Under the pieces are notes generated by a model. The model saw only the letters and a program-made list of their open reading frames with translations. It ran no database searches and was not told where the DNA came from. A stretch of DNA of 51,280 nt from the IMG/VR virus record IMGVR_UViG_3300012953_007445, positions 1-51,280 of that record. The stretch is one strand, 5' to 3'. Shown piece by piece: positions 37,418 to 48,400 of this stretch (the stretch's first letter is position 1; each line of letters starts with the position of its first letter). The DNA is from a virus. Its lineage: Duplodnaviria > Caudoviricetes. A program made the translations under genes and the position numbers.

Positions 37418-38111
37418 ACAAAAGAGAAACATGTATTTCAATAATGATACTCAAGCTGCTATAGTTGAGTATCAAGACATGGAAGATTGCGAAGAAAAAG
37501 AAAAACTTTATAATAGTAAAATCCACATTGCTTTTGAAAAACTAGCAGAAAGTCTAATATTCGTTTATGGATTCAAAAACGGCACAGAAGAAACTAATAC
37601 GATAAAAAAAGATTGTGTATCTTTTTTGTATGAAACAATACACAAATGGGATGAAGCAAGAGGCACTAAAGCTTTTTCTTATTTTAACGTTGTTGCTAAG
37701 AACTGGCTGATAATAAATTCCAGAAATTACAAAAAAAATGTAATGCGCCATGTCAGCATGTCTGATATGACTTATATGTCAAAAAAAGATAAATCCGCTA
37801 TAGCACATTCTCAAGTTGCAGAAGCTCCTGATAAAATATTAATTGCTGCAAACCAAAGACAAGAAATAAATAAAGTTTTAGCAGTTATAAAAGAAAGAGT
37901 TCACAAAGAGAACGAAGTTCTTTGTATTAATGCAATTACAGAAATTTTTTCAAAAATAGATCAACTAGATTTTCTAAACAAACGTGCTATCTATGTCTAC
38001 GTTAGGGAAATATCTGGCTTAACTCCAAAAAAGCTCTCTGTTGCAATGTCATCAATAAGAAAACACTACAGGGATATTGTTCACGACAAAAGAATTATAG
38101 ACATATTTTAA
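37386..38111 (+). CDS. Phage sigma factor, T4 gp55-like (late transcription)
   Basis: YFNND, FEKLAESL, KWD..RGTKAFSYFNVVAKN (sigma region 2); probable TTG start 37386 after GGAGAGG. Confidence 0.65.
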   Translation: MKKKKIRRNPKQKRNMYFNNDTQAAIVEYQDMEDCEEKEKLYNSKIHIAFEKLAESLIFVYGFKNGTEETNTIKKDCVSFLYETIHKWDEARGTKAFSYFNVVAKNWLIINSRNYKKNVMRHVSMSDMTYMSKKDKSAIAHSQVAEAPDKILIAANQRQEINKVLAVIKERVHKENEVLCINAITEIFSKIDQLDFLNKRAIYVYVREISGLTPKKLSVAMSSIRKHYRDIVHDKRIIDIF

Positions 38112-38121
38112 GGTGTAAAAA

Positions 38122-38484
38122 ATGGATAATTTAACTTCAGCTCTCCAAAAAATAGAAAAAATAGAAGAAAAAACTAAAAAATTTGAAGAGATGCTTTCTG
38201 AATTAGTAAGTTCTGATGATAAGAAAAAGCTTTTGTGGAAAGAGATATACGAAAACGCCAACTTAGATAGACAAAATGCTCACGTTTTGTTCGTAGAAGC
38301 GTATACTCAAATGCGTACAGGCATTGCAGAACATGCAGCCATTGGTGCTATTCTTTCTAAGTATTTGGAAAGAATGAATAAGTCTAATGAACAACTTTTG
38401 AAACTAGCAGAAATTATTGCAAAAGCAGAAGTTGAAAATAGCAAAATAGATCCTGATGATTTATTTTCTCAAATAAAGGACTAA
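38122..38484 (+). CDS. Hypothetical helical protein (120 aa)
   Basis: AAGGTG SD; coiled-coil character. Confidence 0.75.
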   Translation: MDNLTSALQKIEKIEEKTKKFEEMLSELVSSDDKKKLLWKEIYENANLDRQNAHVLFVEAYTQMRTGIAEHAAIGAILSKYLERMNKSNEQLLKLAEIIAKAEVENSKIDPDDLFSQIKD

Positions 38485-38486
38485 AA

Positions 38487-40364
38487 ATGAGTACCCTTCC
38501 AGAACTTGATGTCAATAGAGTCGCTTTCGATGGAGAAGATGAAGTCGATGGGTCTAGGGAGATTAGGGAAGCTTTATTTTTTGGAAATCCTGATACTGTT
38601 TTCGAAAAGGGTGTTGTCACCGAAGTCATTACTGATCCAGCTGGTTTTAAAAACCAGCTGGATTTTGAAAAAAAATATAACGAAAGTACTATTATTAATT
38701 TTATGTTTATTCCTAGGGTTACTAGAAATTGCATATTAGTTAGACCTTTAAATGACGGTCAAGGAGTAAGAACGAATAAAGTCCAGATAGCTCTTCCATT
38801 TTTTCCACCTCACATATGCTTTCCTGTCAAACCTGGAGAACATGTTTGGTTAGTAAAACCAACCCCAACAGGGACAGACCCATCTTTTGTTCACTGGATA
38901 TCTAGAGTGCCATGTTGGGATGACGTTGAAGATCTAAATTATTCTCATGAGCCTAGAAGAAATCACTTTCAGTCAGGGGAAGAATCAGAACCCGATCCAG
39001 CTCAAGAAGCAAATGACACTCCACCCCCCAAGGAAGAGAACGCTGATAGTTTTGAAATGTTTGGTTTTCCAAACGGAACGGGAACAGATGGTGGATTTAC
39101 TTTCGGTACAACTGCAAACGAGTATTGTTCGCATTCAACTGGTTCTTTAGCATATCATTCATTCAAATATGAGCCGGTTCCTAGGCTGTCAAAAAGACCA
39201 GCTGATATGGTTCTACAAGGTTCGAACAACACTAGCATAATACTAGGAACTACAGGAAATGCTATTCCAGGCGGCTGGGCTGAATCAGCTGACGAACAAG
39301 ATAGGATTGATGCTTTAGCTTTAGGTCCAGCTGGTGAACCTCCGTCGCAGTCGATTTCTACAGTTCCGGAAGTTGATACATTTACCGCTGATCCAGAAGC
39401 TGATCCCCCTAGAGATTTTGACGCAATAAGAGAAATTACAGAAGCCTTTGCACCTGCTATCGATATCATCGCTGGTAGGGGGTATAGAATAAGAGATGAA
39501 GGCCTAGACCACGATTTTGAAGATCAAGAAAAACTTCCTTTAGAAAGAGATGGAGATATAAATCACCCGCCAACTTATCCTAGAGTGAAAGCAACAGCTG
39601 ATGATAATGGAAGAGGGATGTTGTTATCCGAAACATCTAAAAATCCAGCATCTTTTATGCCAGATATGACAGACTCCGCATTTGATCATGCTATTGAAGG
39701 AGATCCAGATTTTAGATATGATGCTGCTCGAGTTTATGTTGCAGCTGACGGTAATCCAGACGTTGATTTTGGACTAGCTGAAACCTCTGGGGAAAAAGTA
39801 AAACTTTCAGAAAACAACGAAGTTGATGCTCAAAAAGGATCAAACGTAGTTCTCAAAGCAGACCACATCCGAATAATTGCTAGAAAAGATCCTGATGGTG
39901 GAGTTGCTAATCCAGTGGTTGGTTCAATAAGAATAGTCAAAGAGGGGGGAGCAACAGAAGCAACTACCGATGCTAGGGAGCTTGAAAATACCCGAGCTGT
40001 AATCTCTATTGAACCAGACGGAACTATATATATTGACGGACCAAAGATAGTTATAGGTGGAAGAGAGTTTAGTTCTGGAAGTCCAAAATCAGAAGGAAGA
40101 GGAGACCAAGTTTTCTTAGGAGAAGATGCCACAGAATCTGTGGTTTTAGGAGACATCCTCTTGGCTAAGCTTCAAGCTTTAGAAGATGCTTTCAACGCTC
40201 ACGTACATAATTCTGGAGCTGGCCCAACTACAATGCATCATGCTACAGGGGGAGGAGCAGGCGTTGAATCTGCTGAGTTTACTACTACTCCAGCAGTCCC
40301 GCCTGATGCCGACGGCGATTCGCCAGGACAACTTATCCTTAGCAAAATTGCAAAGGTCAAATAA
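38487..40364 (+). CDS. Baseplate central spike/hub (gp5/gpV-like)
   Basis: OB-fold-like ALPFFP..FPVKPGEHVW, beta-helix segments, C-terminal FNAHVH metal-binding apex; upstream of gp25/gp6. Confidence 0.75.
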   Translation: MSTLPELDVNRVAFDGEDEVDGSREIREALFFGNPDTVFEKGVVTEVITDPAGFKNQLDFEKKYNESTIINFMFIPRVTRNCILVRPLNDGQGVRTNKVQIALPFFPPHICFPVKPGEHVWLVKPTPTGTDPSFVHWISRVPCWDDVEDLNYSHEPRRNHFQSGEESEPDPAQEANDTPPPKEENADSFEMFGFPNGTGTDGGFTFGTTANEYCSHSTGSLAYHSFKYEPVPRLSKRPADMVLQGSNNTSIILGTTGNAIPGGWAESADEQDRIDALALGPAGEPPSQSISTVPEVDTFTADPEADPPRDFDAIREITEAFAPAIDIIAGRGYRIRDEGLDHDFEDQEKLPLERDGDINHPPTYPRVKATADDNGRGMLLSETSKNPASFMPDMTDSAFDHAIEGDPDFRYDAARVYVAADGNPDVDFGLAETSGEKVKLSENNEVDAQKGSNVVLKADHIRIIARKDPDGGVANPVVGSIRIVKEGGATEATTDARELENTRAVISIEPDGTIYIDGPKIVIGGREFSSGSPKSEGRGDQVFLGEDATESVVLGDILLAKLQALEDAFNAHVHNSGAGPTTMHHATGGGAGVESAEFTTTPAVPPDADGDSPGQLILSKIAKVK

Positions 40365-40942
40365 TGTCTGTAGATAAAGAAGCATTAAAAGATTCATTTG
40401 TAAATATCTTAGACACGGCTTCAACTCCTGCTGACATCGAAACATACGCGGAGCAGATAGCCGATGCAGTTGACAACTATCTTGCAACAGCCGAATTGGA
40501 TCCCTTTCCAGCTGCAGGCATTCAGCCTGGAACACCTCCAATAACAGATCCAACTGGACCTGCCGGCACATCAGTCCCCGAACCCACGCTGGTAGGGACA
40601 ACATTTCGCACACAATTTTTAGCTGATACTCAAGCTGCCCTTGCAGGGACAAGAAACTACGCAGCATCAAATACAGCTTTTCAGGCAGACTTACAACTTT
40701 TAGCAGCAAACACAGATGAGGCAGGATATGCTGGCGCCGGGGCAACCGTAGCGTCTCCCCCAGATATAGACGCAGCTTTTGATATCGGTCAAACGGGAGG
40801 AACGCATGTTGAAGTAGCCGAAGAACTAGCAAATCAAATACACACTTCTACTACTTCTATAGTGTATACAGTGTCTGCTTATGCTAAAGGGCTCTTCGTA
40901 AGTGTTCCCGGTACAGTCTTCCCCTTATCTATTATCGAATGA
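40364..40942 (+). CDS. Hypothetical baseplate-associated protein
   Basis: Coupled to spike gene; two similar helices AEQIADAVDNY / AEELANQIHT. Confidence 0.65.
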   Translation: MSVDKEALKDSFVNILDTASTPADIETYAEQIADAVDNYLATAELDPFPAAGIQPGTPPITDPTGPAGTSVPEPTLVGTTFRTQFLADTQAALAGTRNYAASNTAFQADLQLLAANTDEAGYAGAGATVASPPDIDAAFDIGQTGGTHVEVAEELANQIHTSTTSIVYTVSAYAKGLFVSVPGTVFPLSIIE

Positions 40943-41022
40943 CATTTAATCTACCCGCGCCTTCTTCTCTCAAATAATCAAATTTTATCTGATTAATATT
41001 ACATATAAATTTAACTAAGCGG

Positions 41023-41029
41023 ATATTTA
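41023..41029 (+). promoter_or_regulatory. Candidate late promoter ATATTTA
   Basis: Upstream of GAGG/ATG 41048, spacing nearly identical to the 18666 copy. Confidence 0.45.
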
Positions 41030-41047
41030 TACACCAGAGGTAGAGTT

Positions 41048-41545
41048 ATGTCAAGAATAAGGTCACAAAACTATAAAAAGTTTAAGTTCAAATCTTCTGG
41101 TCAATCTATTGGCACTGAAGTAAAGTATCAAAATGACACTTTTAGAAAAAAGTTAATTGGTATTAAAACGCCTTTGGAATTAGGTTCAGGTCGCGATGGC
41201 CTTTTAAAGATGCATGATAGTTTAAAAGAACAAATAAAAGACAATTTAAAAAATTTGCTTTTAACTAATCATGGCGAAAGACTTGGAAATTACGATTTTG
41301 GAGCTAACTTAGATGAACTGTTGTTCGAATTTTCTTCTGAAGATTTTGAAGCTGAAGCTTTATCTAGGGTAACTTCCGCTGTTGGCAAGTATATGCCTTT
41401 CGTAAGTATACAGAATGTTGAAACTTTTACTGAAACATTTAATAACGAGCATACAGCTAAAATAGGAATAAAAGTTGTGTATGGAATACCTCAATTAGAA
41501 CTTGATAATCAAGCTGTAAGTTTAATTCTAAGGGTTGCTGGTTAA
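41048..41545 (+). CDS. Baseplate wedge gp25-like protein
   Basis: QIKDNLKNLLLTNHGER..DFGANL..LLFE, KYMPFV. Confidence 0.88.
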   Translation: MSRIRSQNYKKFKFKSSGQSIGTEVKYQNDTFRKKLIGIKTPLELGSGRDGLLKMHDSLKEQIKDNLKNLLLTNHGERLGNYDFGANLDELLFEFSSEDFEAEALSRVTSAVGKYMPFVSIQNVETFTETFNNEHTAKIGIKVVYGIPQLELDNQAVSLILRVAG

Positions 41546-43503
41546 TGGAAAAAGATATAAAAACAAGACAAAAAAAGATAGTAAAAAGATCTTATTTAGC
41601 GAGAGATTTTGATGATTTCAAAAGTAATCTAATAAGACATGCAAGAACATTCTTTCCGGAAAACATAGAAGATTTCACCGAAACTGGTATAGGAGGTATG
41701 TTCGTTGATATGATATCATATATTGGCGATTCTATGTCTTATTATCTTGATCACCAGTTTAATGAATTAAGCTGGAGAGATTCTATAGAAGTAGAAAACC
41801 TGTTGAAACACCTCGAGTTATCTGGGGTAAAAAGTTACGGAGCATCTCCAGCTGTTGGCTATGTTACAATATACATCAGAGTTCCAATTAACAGCAGCAA
41901 CACAACTCCTGACACCGGCAAAGAAGTTGCTGGAGACTGTTTACCAATTATTAAAGCTGGAACTCGGTTTGTCAGCAACAATGGAATAAACTTTAACTTA
42001 ATAGAAGATGTCGATTTTAACGAAAGAGATGTAAAGACAGGAAAGTATTTGTGGGCTAATAATAGGCATGATGATTTCGAGTCTGATACTGGGGTTGCAG
42101 GTACTTTTGGTTATAAAAATATTCAAAGAAAAGGTTTCTGCGTTTCTGGTCAAATCAGAGAAGAGAACTTTGCAATTTCTGATAGTTTTGTTCCGTTTAG
42201 AGAAGTAACGCTAGCAGAGCAGAATATAAGCTTAATAGAATCGATTTATGATTCTGATGGCAATCGATACTATGAAGTAGATAATCTTTCTCAAGATAAT
42301 GTTTTTTCTATAACAGATAATAAAAGAGTAAGCTCAAATGCGGTAGAAAAATCAATTTCTTTAATTGGGGCTCCATATAGATATACAAAAGAATTTGATC
42401 CTCAAACCTTTATAACTACCTTAACTTTTGGCGGAGGTGATGCTCAAGCTTTAGACGATGATATATTGCCAGACCCAGGAGATTTAAGCCTTCCTCTTTA
42501 TGGCAGAAAAACTTTTTCTAGGTTTGCGCTTGATCCAAATTCCTTAATGAGAACAAACACACTAGGAGTAGCACCTAGAAATGTAAGTATTACTGTAAAA
42601 TACAGGCATGGGGGTGGTTTTGTCCACAATGTTTCTGCTAGTTCGATAAGGCAAATAGAGTTTTTAGATATAACTTTTCCAATAAATTCTAGTTTTAAAG
42701 AATCTATATTTGTTAGAACAAACATCGCTGTAGATAATAACGAAAAATTTATAGGAGGGTCTCCTGCCCCAACCCTTGAAGAATTAAGAGATCAAATACC
42801 AATTGCTAGGAATTCTCAAATGAGAGTAGTAACAAAAGAAGATTTGCTAGCTAGAATATATTCTCTACCTTCAGGTTTAGGAAGGGTTTTTAGAGCTTCT
42901 ATAAGCGAAGCTCCTAATGGGCTTGGGCAAGTAGAGATCGCTTTAATATCTCGAGATGTGAATGGAAACTTAGTCAAAAATTATAATGGCACAAGAAGTG
43001 GTAATGATAATCCTTTGATGACTGCTAGCGATAATTTAAAAATTAACTTAAAAAATTATTTAGAATCATTTAGGCTTCTTAATGATGCATATATTATAGT
43101 CGACGCTAAAGTTCATAACATAAGTGTAGATGTAAGAGTCATAGGTGTACCAGGCTATCAAAAAAGTCTAATTGCTCAAAATATCATTTCTAATATAAAA
43201 TCTATTTTAGATATTAGAAAATTTCAGATTAATCAGCCTATTGCGATGGGGGATTTAAATTTTGCGGTTCTTTCTTCAGAAGGAGTGTCTTCTGTAGTTT
43301 CGGATAATAATCATCCAGGAGTTCTAATAGAATCTAGATCTGGTATTAAAACCAGCGGAGATGGTATTGATGAATATGATTATTCTTTGAGCTCGGCTAT
43401 TATAATTTCAGAATATCTAGAAAGAGGTTTCCTATTTCCACACAAAAACGGAATATTTGAGTTAAAATATCCAGATAACGATATAAGGGTAACTGTTTTA
43501 TAA
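41545..43503 (+). CDS. Baseplate wedge gp6/J-like protein
   Basis: YLARDFDDFK..L, DMISYIGD..SYYLD.QFNE, SQMRVVTKED, IFELKYP. Confidence 0.88.
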   Translation: MEKDIKTRQKKIVKRSYLARDFDDFKSNLIRHARTFFPENIEDFTETGIGGMFVDMISYIGDSMSYYLDHQFNELSWRDSIEVENLLKHLELSGVKSYGASPAVGYVTIYIRVPINSSNTTPDTGKEVAGDCLPIIKAGTRFVSNNGINFNLIEDVDFNERDVKTGKYLWANNRHDDFESDTGVAGTFGYKNIQRKGFCVSGQIREENFAISDSFVPFREVTLAEQNISLIESIYDSDGNRYYEVDNLSQDNVFSITDNKRVSSNAVEKSISLIGAPYRYTKEFDPQTFITTLTFGGGDAQALDDDILPDPGDLSLPLYGRKTFSRFALDPNSLMRTNTLGVAPRNVSITVKYRHGGGFVHNVSASSIRQIEFLDITFPINSSFKESIFVRTNIAVDNNEKFIGGSPAPTLEELRDQIPIARNSQMRVVTKEDLLARIYSLPSGLGRVFRASISEAPNGLGQVEIALISRDVNGNLVKNYNGTRSGNDNPLMTASDNLKINLKNYLESFRLLNDAYIIVDAKVHNISVDVRVIGVPGYQKSLIAQNIISNIKSILDIRKFQINQPIAMGDLNFAVLSSEGVSSVVSDNNHPGVLIESRSGIKTSGDGIDEYDYSLSSAIIISEYLERGFLFPHKNGIFELKYPDNDIRVTVL

Positions 43504-45404
43504 TGCAATTGATAATAACAGCTAGTAGCGATTCATACATAACTAATAAAATTATAGATAACTCATATAGATCTTCTAATTCCAATGCCGGCTCGGCTTC
43601 TACCTTGGACCTTTTTAAACTTTATGAAGAGTCTGGAGAAGTAGTTACAGGTTCTTTTATAACTTCTGATGTTAGAGAAGATTCAGTTATACTGATAAAG
43701 TTTGATACTGACAAAATTGGAAGTTTAACATCTAGTATTTTAAATATTTCAGATCCTAACTTTAAAGCTGTTTTAGAATTAAAAGATATATCTTCTGGAC
43801 TTCAAAAACCTCATGGTTTTTATGCTTTATGCAATCCTTTAGCTAAGAGTTTTGAAGAAGGTTCAGGTTTCGATGTTAATACATTTGGTGATTTAGGATC
43901 AGTTAATTATCTAACATCTTCCTTTTTATTATCTAGTCCGATAGTTTGGAATAAACCGGGAGCTAAGTCAGGCGGTGGAACAGGAAAAGTTAGAGCATTA
44001 GGATCGATAAGTGCAGTTTCTCAAGTCGGTTTAGACAACACAGCAACTTTCTCTATTAACGATGGAACTAACACTGTCACGTTTACAGCTAACAATGCTT
44101 CAGAGACCCCGGCTAAGACTGATGCAAATGATTACACATTTGGGATAAATAATGTTGCTAATGCTGCAACTTTAGCAGATAGAATATTTGCTGCTGTTTC
44201 TCTTTCAAAAACAAACTCAGATTTAGCAATCACCGCTACTAATCCTGGCGATGGAGCATTGGTAGCTTTGAGGCAGGATGTTTTTGGCCCAACGGGAAAT
44301 ACAGACGTAACGTTAGGTGGAACATCTACTGGCAGAATTACTAAGGTTGATTTAAGGGGTGGATATGATACTAACCATTTAGATTTTTATGATTCCGGAA
44401 GCTTGAATGGATCAATATCTGATTTCGGTTCTTCTTTTTATTTTTCTGAACCTAACACAGATGCTTATTTTGACGTAACTAAAGCTATTAGTGGCTATTT
44501 AAGAGGAGATATTCCTAACTACGGCTTTAGAATAAGCTTCAGCGGATCTTACGCGACAGACAATAAAACTAGGTTTGTAAAAAGATTCGCTTCGAGGCAT
44601 GTTAAAAATAAGTTAATACAACCTAGACTTAGAATAAAATTCAATGAATCAGAGGACGACGAAAGTCAAAAAGCATACACCGATAAGAGTTTAAATTTTG
44701 TAATAAAGTCATTTAAAGGTCTAGGTTCAGTTAATTTTAGAGACAACTCAAATGCCCAGCTCACCGGTGATAACTGCGGCAAAATTGTATTAACTTCAGG
44801 ATCTTTTAAACAAGAAGCTAATTTTAGTCAAATTAACTTAAGCTCTAATAACACCAGGGCAGTTGGTCAGTATAAAGCTAGCATAAACATACAGAGTAAT
44901 AATGAATTTGTAAGAAAAGCCTTAGAAGCCACCCCTAAGGGATTCTTTTTAGATGCTAATTGGAAAACCTTAGATGAAAAAATTACTTTTCGAAAAGAAA
45001 AAATAAAAATTAGAGGAAATGATTATCAAAATTTTGACATCTCTGATGTTTCGCTTAATTTTCAAAACAGGAAAGAATCTTATAAGGAAAATGAAGATAT
45101 ATCATTATTGATAAATGCTTCTATGAACAAAATAGATTATGAACCATTCAAAAAGCCAACTCGACCAGATGTTTTTCAAGGTGATATACACTATAGAATA
45201 ACAGAGAAAAATTCTGGAAGTACTGTTATTGATCTAGATTTTGATAATAATTCTACTAAACTCTATTTTTATGGAAATAATTTTTGTACAAAAATCCTAG
45301 CAGGAACTCTAAGCCCGGGATATCTTTACGAAATAGAATTTTTCACTCCTATAAATTCAGAAATTTTTAAGATAGAAAATTCTTTTTCTTTTAAGGTTAT
45401 TTAA
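43503..45404 (+). CDS. Baseplate-associated structural protein (633 aa)
   Basis: ASSDSYI, ILIKFD, FDVT, NYGFRI, KRFASR, PRLRIKF; within baseplate operon. Confidence 0.7.
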   Translation: MQLIITASSDSYITNKIIDNSYRSSNSNAGSASTLDLFKLYEESGEVVTGSFITSDVREDSVILIKFDTDKIGSLTSSILNISDPNFKAVLELKDISSGLQKPHGFYALCNPLAKSFEEGSGFDVNTFGDLGSVNYLTSSFLLSSPIVWNKPGAKSGGGTGKVRALGSISAVSQVGLDNTATFSINDGTNTVTFTANNASETPAKTDANDYTFGINNVANAATLADRIFAAVSLSKTNSDLAITATNPGDGALVALRQDVFGPTGNTDVTLGGTSTGRITKVDLRGGYDTNHLDFYDSGSLNGSISDFGSSFYFSEPNTDAYFDVTKAISGYLRGDIPNYGFRISFSGSYATDNKTRFVKRFASRHVKNKLIQPRLRIKFNESEDDESQKAYTDKSLNFVIKSFKGLGSVNFRDNSNAQLTGDNCGKIVLTSGSFKQEANFSQINLSSNNTRAVGQYKASINIQSNNEFVRKALEATPKGFFLDANWKTLDEKITFRKEKIKIRGNDYQNFDISDVSLNFQNRKESYKENEDISLLINASMNKIDYEPFKKPTRPDVFQGDIHYRITEKNSGSTVIDLDFDNNSTKLYFYGNNFCTKILAGTLSPGYLYEIEFFTPINSEIFKIENSFSFKVI

Positions 45405-45405
45405 A

Positions 45406-48400
45406 ATGTCAAGAAGCAAAATTTTTGGTAACATTAAAGTTTTTAGTAGAAAAAAACTTAGAAAATATACTCATTCATCTTCTACCTTAATAAGGAAAAG
45501 TAAAAGAGATATTATAAAGACTGATATAAATGAAGATTCAGAAAGTTTCAGAAGAAATTCTAAAGACTCTGGATTAGTATCAACCCAACAAATACCATTA
45601 GATAATTCTAATTTTGCTAATAATACTTTTTTCGGATCAGCTGAAGTGAAAGTTAATATTGCTTTTGACAAAATTATTAATAAATATCCTTTTGATGGTT
45701 CGTTTGGAGATGTAGAAAAATTTGAAGATGAATTATCTTCTTTTGAAAAGCACGTTTTAGACTCTTTTCCAAAAAGCAGAGGTTTTGTTAGGTTCACTGG
45801 CGCACAGTACATAGAAACAAAAGACTCTACTGGTTTTTTAAACCAAAATTTATCTAGCGGTAATTTAGGCAATTCTAGAATTAACCCAAAAGAAAAATCT
45901 TTCTCTATAGAACTTCATGTGTATCTATCGAAAGCTGCAAATAACAATAGTTATTTGTTTTATTGTTTAGATGAAAAAGGAACTAACAATTATGTAGGCT
46001 TTTCAAGCTTTTTAAAAGCAACTAGTTCAGCAGCTACAGCGGAGATAGGTTTTTTAATTTCAAGCGGAAGTGTAAATTCAGTTATTTCATCTTCATTTTC
46101 AAAAGGAGAATGGCATAACATTCATTTTATCTGTGATAGGAGACAAAATTTTAACAACATATCGATATCAAAAGTTACTTCTGGAAATTTTTTGTCTCTT
46201 AAGGAATCAAATCAAATTTTGATGGGTGACATTAACACAGAATCTACTTCTCTTTTTATCGGTAAAGGAAATTCTATCGCTATTCCAAATTTTAGTTTTG
46301 ATTATCAAGAAAACTTTAAAGGATATCTAGATGAATTTAGGCTTTTTCACAACTTAAGAAGCAGAGATGAAATTGAATTTTATTCAAAAAGAAATATATT
46401 TTCTCATGAAAATCTAAGAATATGCTATCGGTTTAATGAGCCATCTGGATCTTATTCGAACAATAACATAGTTTTAGATCATAGTGGAAACAGCTTGCAT
46501 AGCAAGGTAGAATCTTTTTCTCATTCCTCTAATAAAACAAATTTTGAACCCGGTGTTTCAAACCCAATAGTTTTAGAGAACTCAAAGTACTCTCCAATTT
46601 TATTTCCTAAATTTAATGAAGTTGTTGATTTAAACAACAATCTCTTGAATGAAGCTTCTGAATACGATATTAATAATCCAAATTTGATAACTAAAATGAT
46701 ACCTAAGCATTATTTAAATATAGGTTCTGATTTTGAAGGAGTTGCAGTTGACGGAGAGATGGTGGAAAGTTATAGTTCAACCTCTAACCTTCCTAGAACT
46801 GGTAAATTAGGTTCTAATCAACTTATGTCACTTCTTTTATATTTCTTTGCAGAGGAATTTGATTCTTACAAAGTATTCTTAGATCAAGTTTCTCAATATC
46901 TCCACCCAGATTATGAAAACAAAAGTGGCGTTGCAAACCCTTTTTTAAGTGACTTAGCTGATTACTACGGCTTTGATTTACCTGATATTTTTAGTGATGC
47001 TACATATGAACAATATTTAGGAAGTGAATCCTTAGGATTAGAGCTGGGTATATACGAGAGAAATATTCAAGAGATTCAAAATATTATATGGAGAAGAATT
47101 CTTAAGAATTTAAACTATATCAATAAGACAAAAGGAACTAAAGAATCGATTAAATCTATTTTTAGATCAGCCGGAATCGAACCTGATAGAATGTTTAGAA
47201 TGGTTGAGTTTGGAGGTAAGAAAGAATTTAGGATGGGTAAATCTAGACAGAAAATAGTCGAGATGGCTACAATGTTAGATTTTTCTGGAAGTCTTTCTTA
47301 CAAACCTATCGAAAGTATTTTATCTAATGGAATGCTTTTAGAAAGACCTTATATAATCTCAGCTCATTTAACTGGTACTAGAATAGAACCTGGTTTACCA
47401 GAAATAGCCGGCGGAAACGCTCTTGCTAAAGGGACTATAAAATTTCATTCTTCAAACAATTCTTTAATTCCGGCTAATGGTTCTACAGTGACTATTAGAG
47501 ATGCTTTTTCTAAACAAAAAACTTTTCAATTTACTGATGGTGGTGGAGCTTCTGGAGATAATGTAGAGATAGACCGAAGAAATCGAAGAACTACGCATGT
47601 GTTAGCAGCTTTAACTGCTTCTATTAATTCTCATTTCAGCGATTCCCTATCAGTAACATCTTTCAGATCTAGCCCGGGCTCTAATATTGACACTATACAG
47701 TTGGTATCAAAAAACTTCAGTCGTAATGATTTAGGAAATCATACAATCTCTGGAACCGGTACACATAATTTAACTTTTAATGGTTTCGCCGGTGGCAACG
47801 GTTTTATTAGAGCCGGCAATATTGGATACGAACCAACAGGAATTTCAACAACAGAGAGTGATGGCTTATTAACTTCAGGATCTTGGAGCGTTGAAGGCGT
47901 ATACAAATTTGAAGATAACATTCAGAAAGAAATTAAAAGAAGCTTGTCTAGATTAGCTCTTTCTGGTACGCAATCAAGTAACGTGTGGGAACATAAGACA
48001 GCTATTACATCTAATTTAGTGTTATCAGATAAGGGGGAAAGCTTAAAACTTTATGTTAGAAGCTCCTCCCCCAGCTCCTCTCCCGTTTTAGAAATTGATT
48101 TAACAGGATCAAATATAAATTTGTTAAACGGTAAAAAGTGGTATGTTTGTTATGGAAGAAAAAGAAATGATCTAATAGGGCAAGAGTTATCTTCTTCATA
48201 TTTTGTGAGAGTTGGTAATTTTGATTCAGGCAGAGTACAAAATTTCTATGAAGTAGAAAAGTCTTTTTACGAAGGAGATCCAAACAAAAATGTCTTTCAA
48301 ACTACGACACCTTCTGGGGGAACTACCTACACACCGCATTTTGTTTTAATTGGATCACAATCGTTTCAAAATGGAAATCAAGGTCAATTTTTAAATGATT

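Noticed and set aside
40943-41047. tRNA or intrinsic terminator in this and other intergenic gaps
   Set aside because: No cloverleaf or GC-rich hairpin with a U tract could be identified
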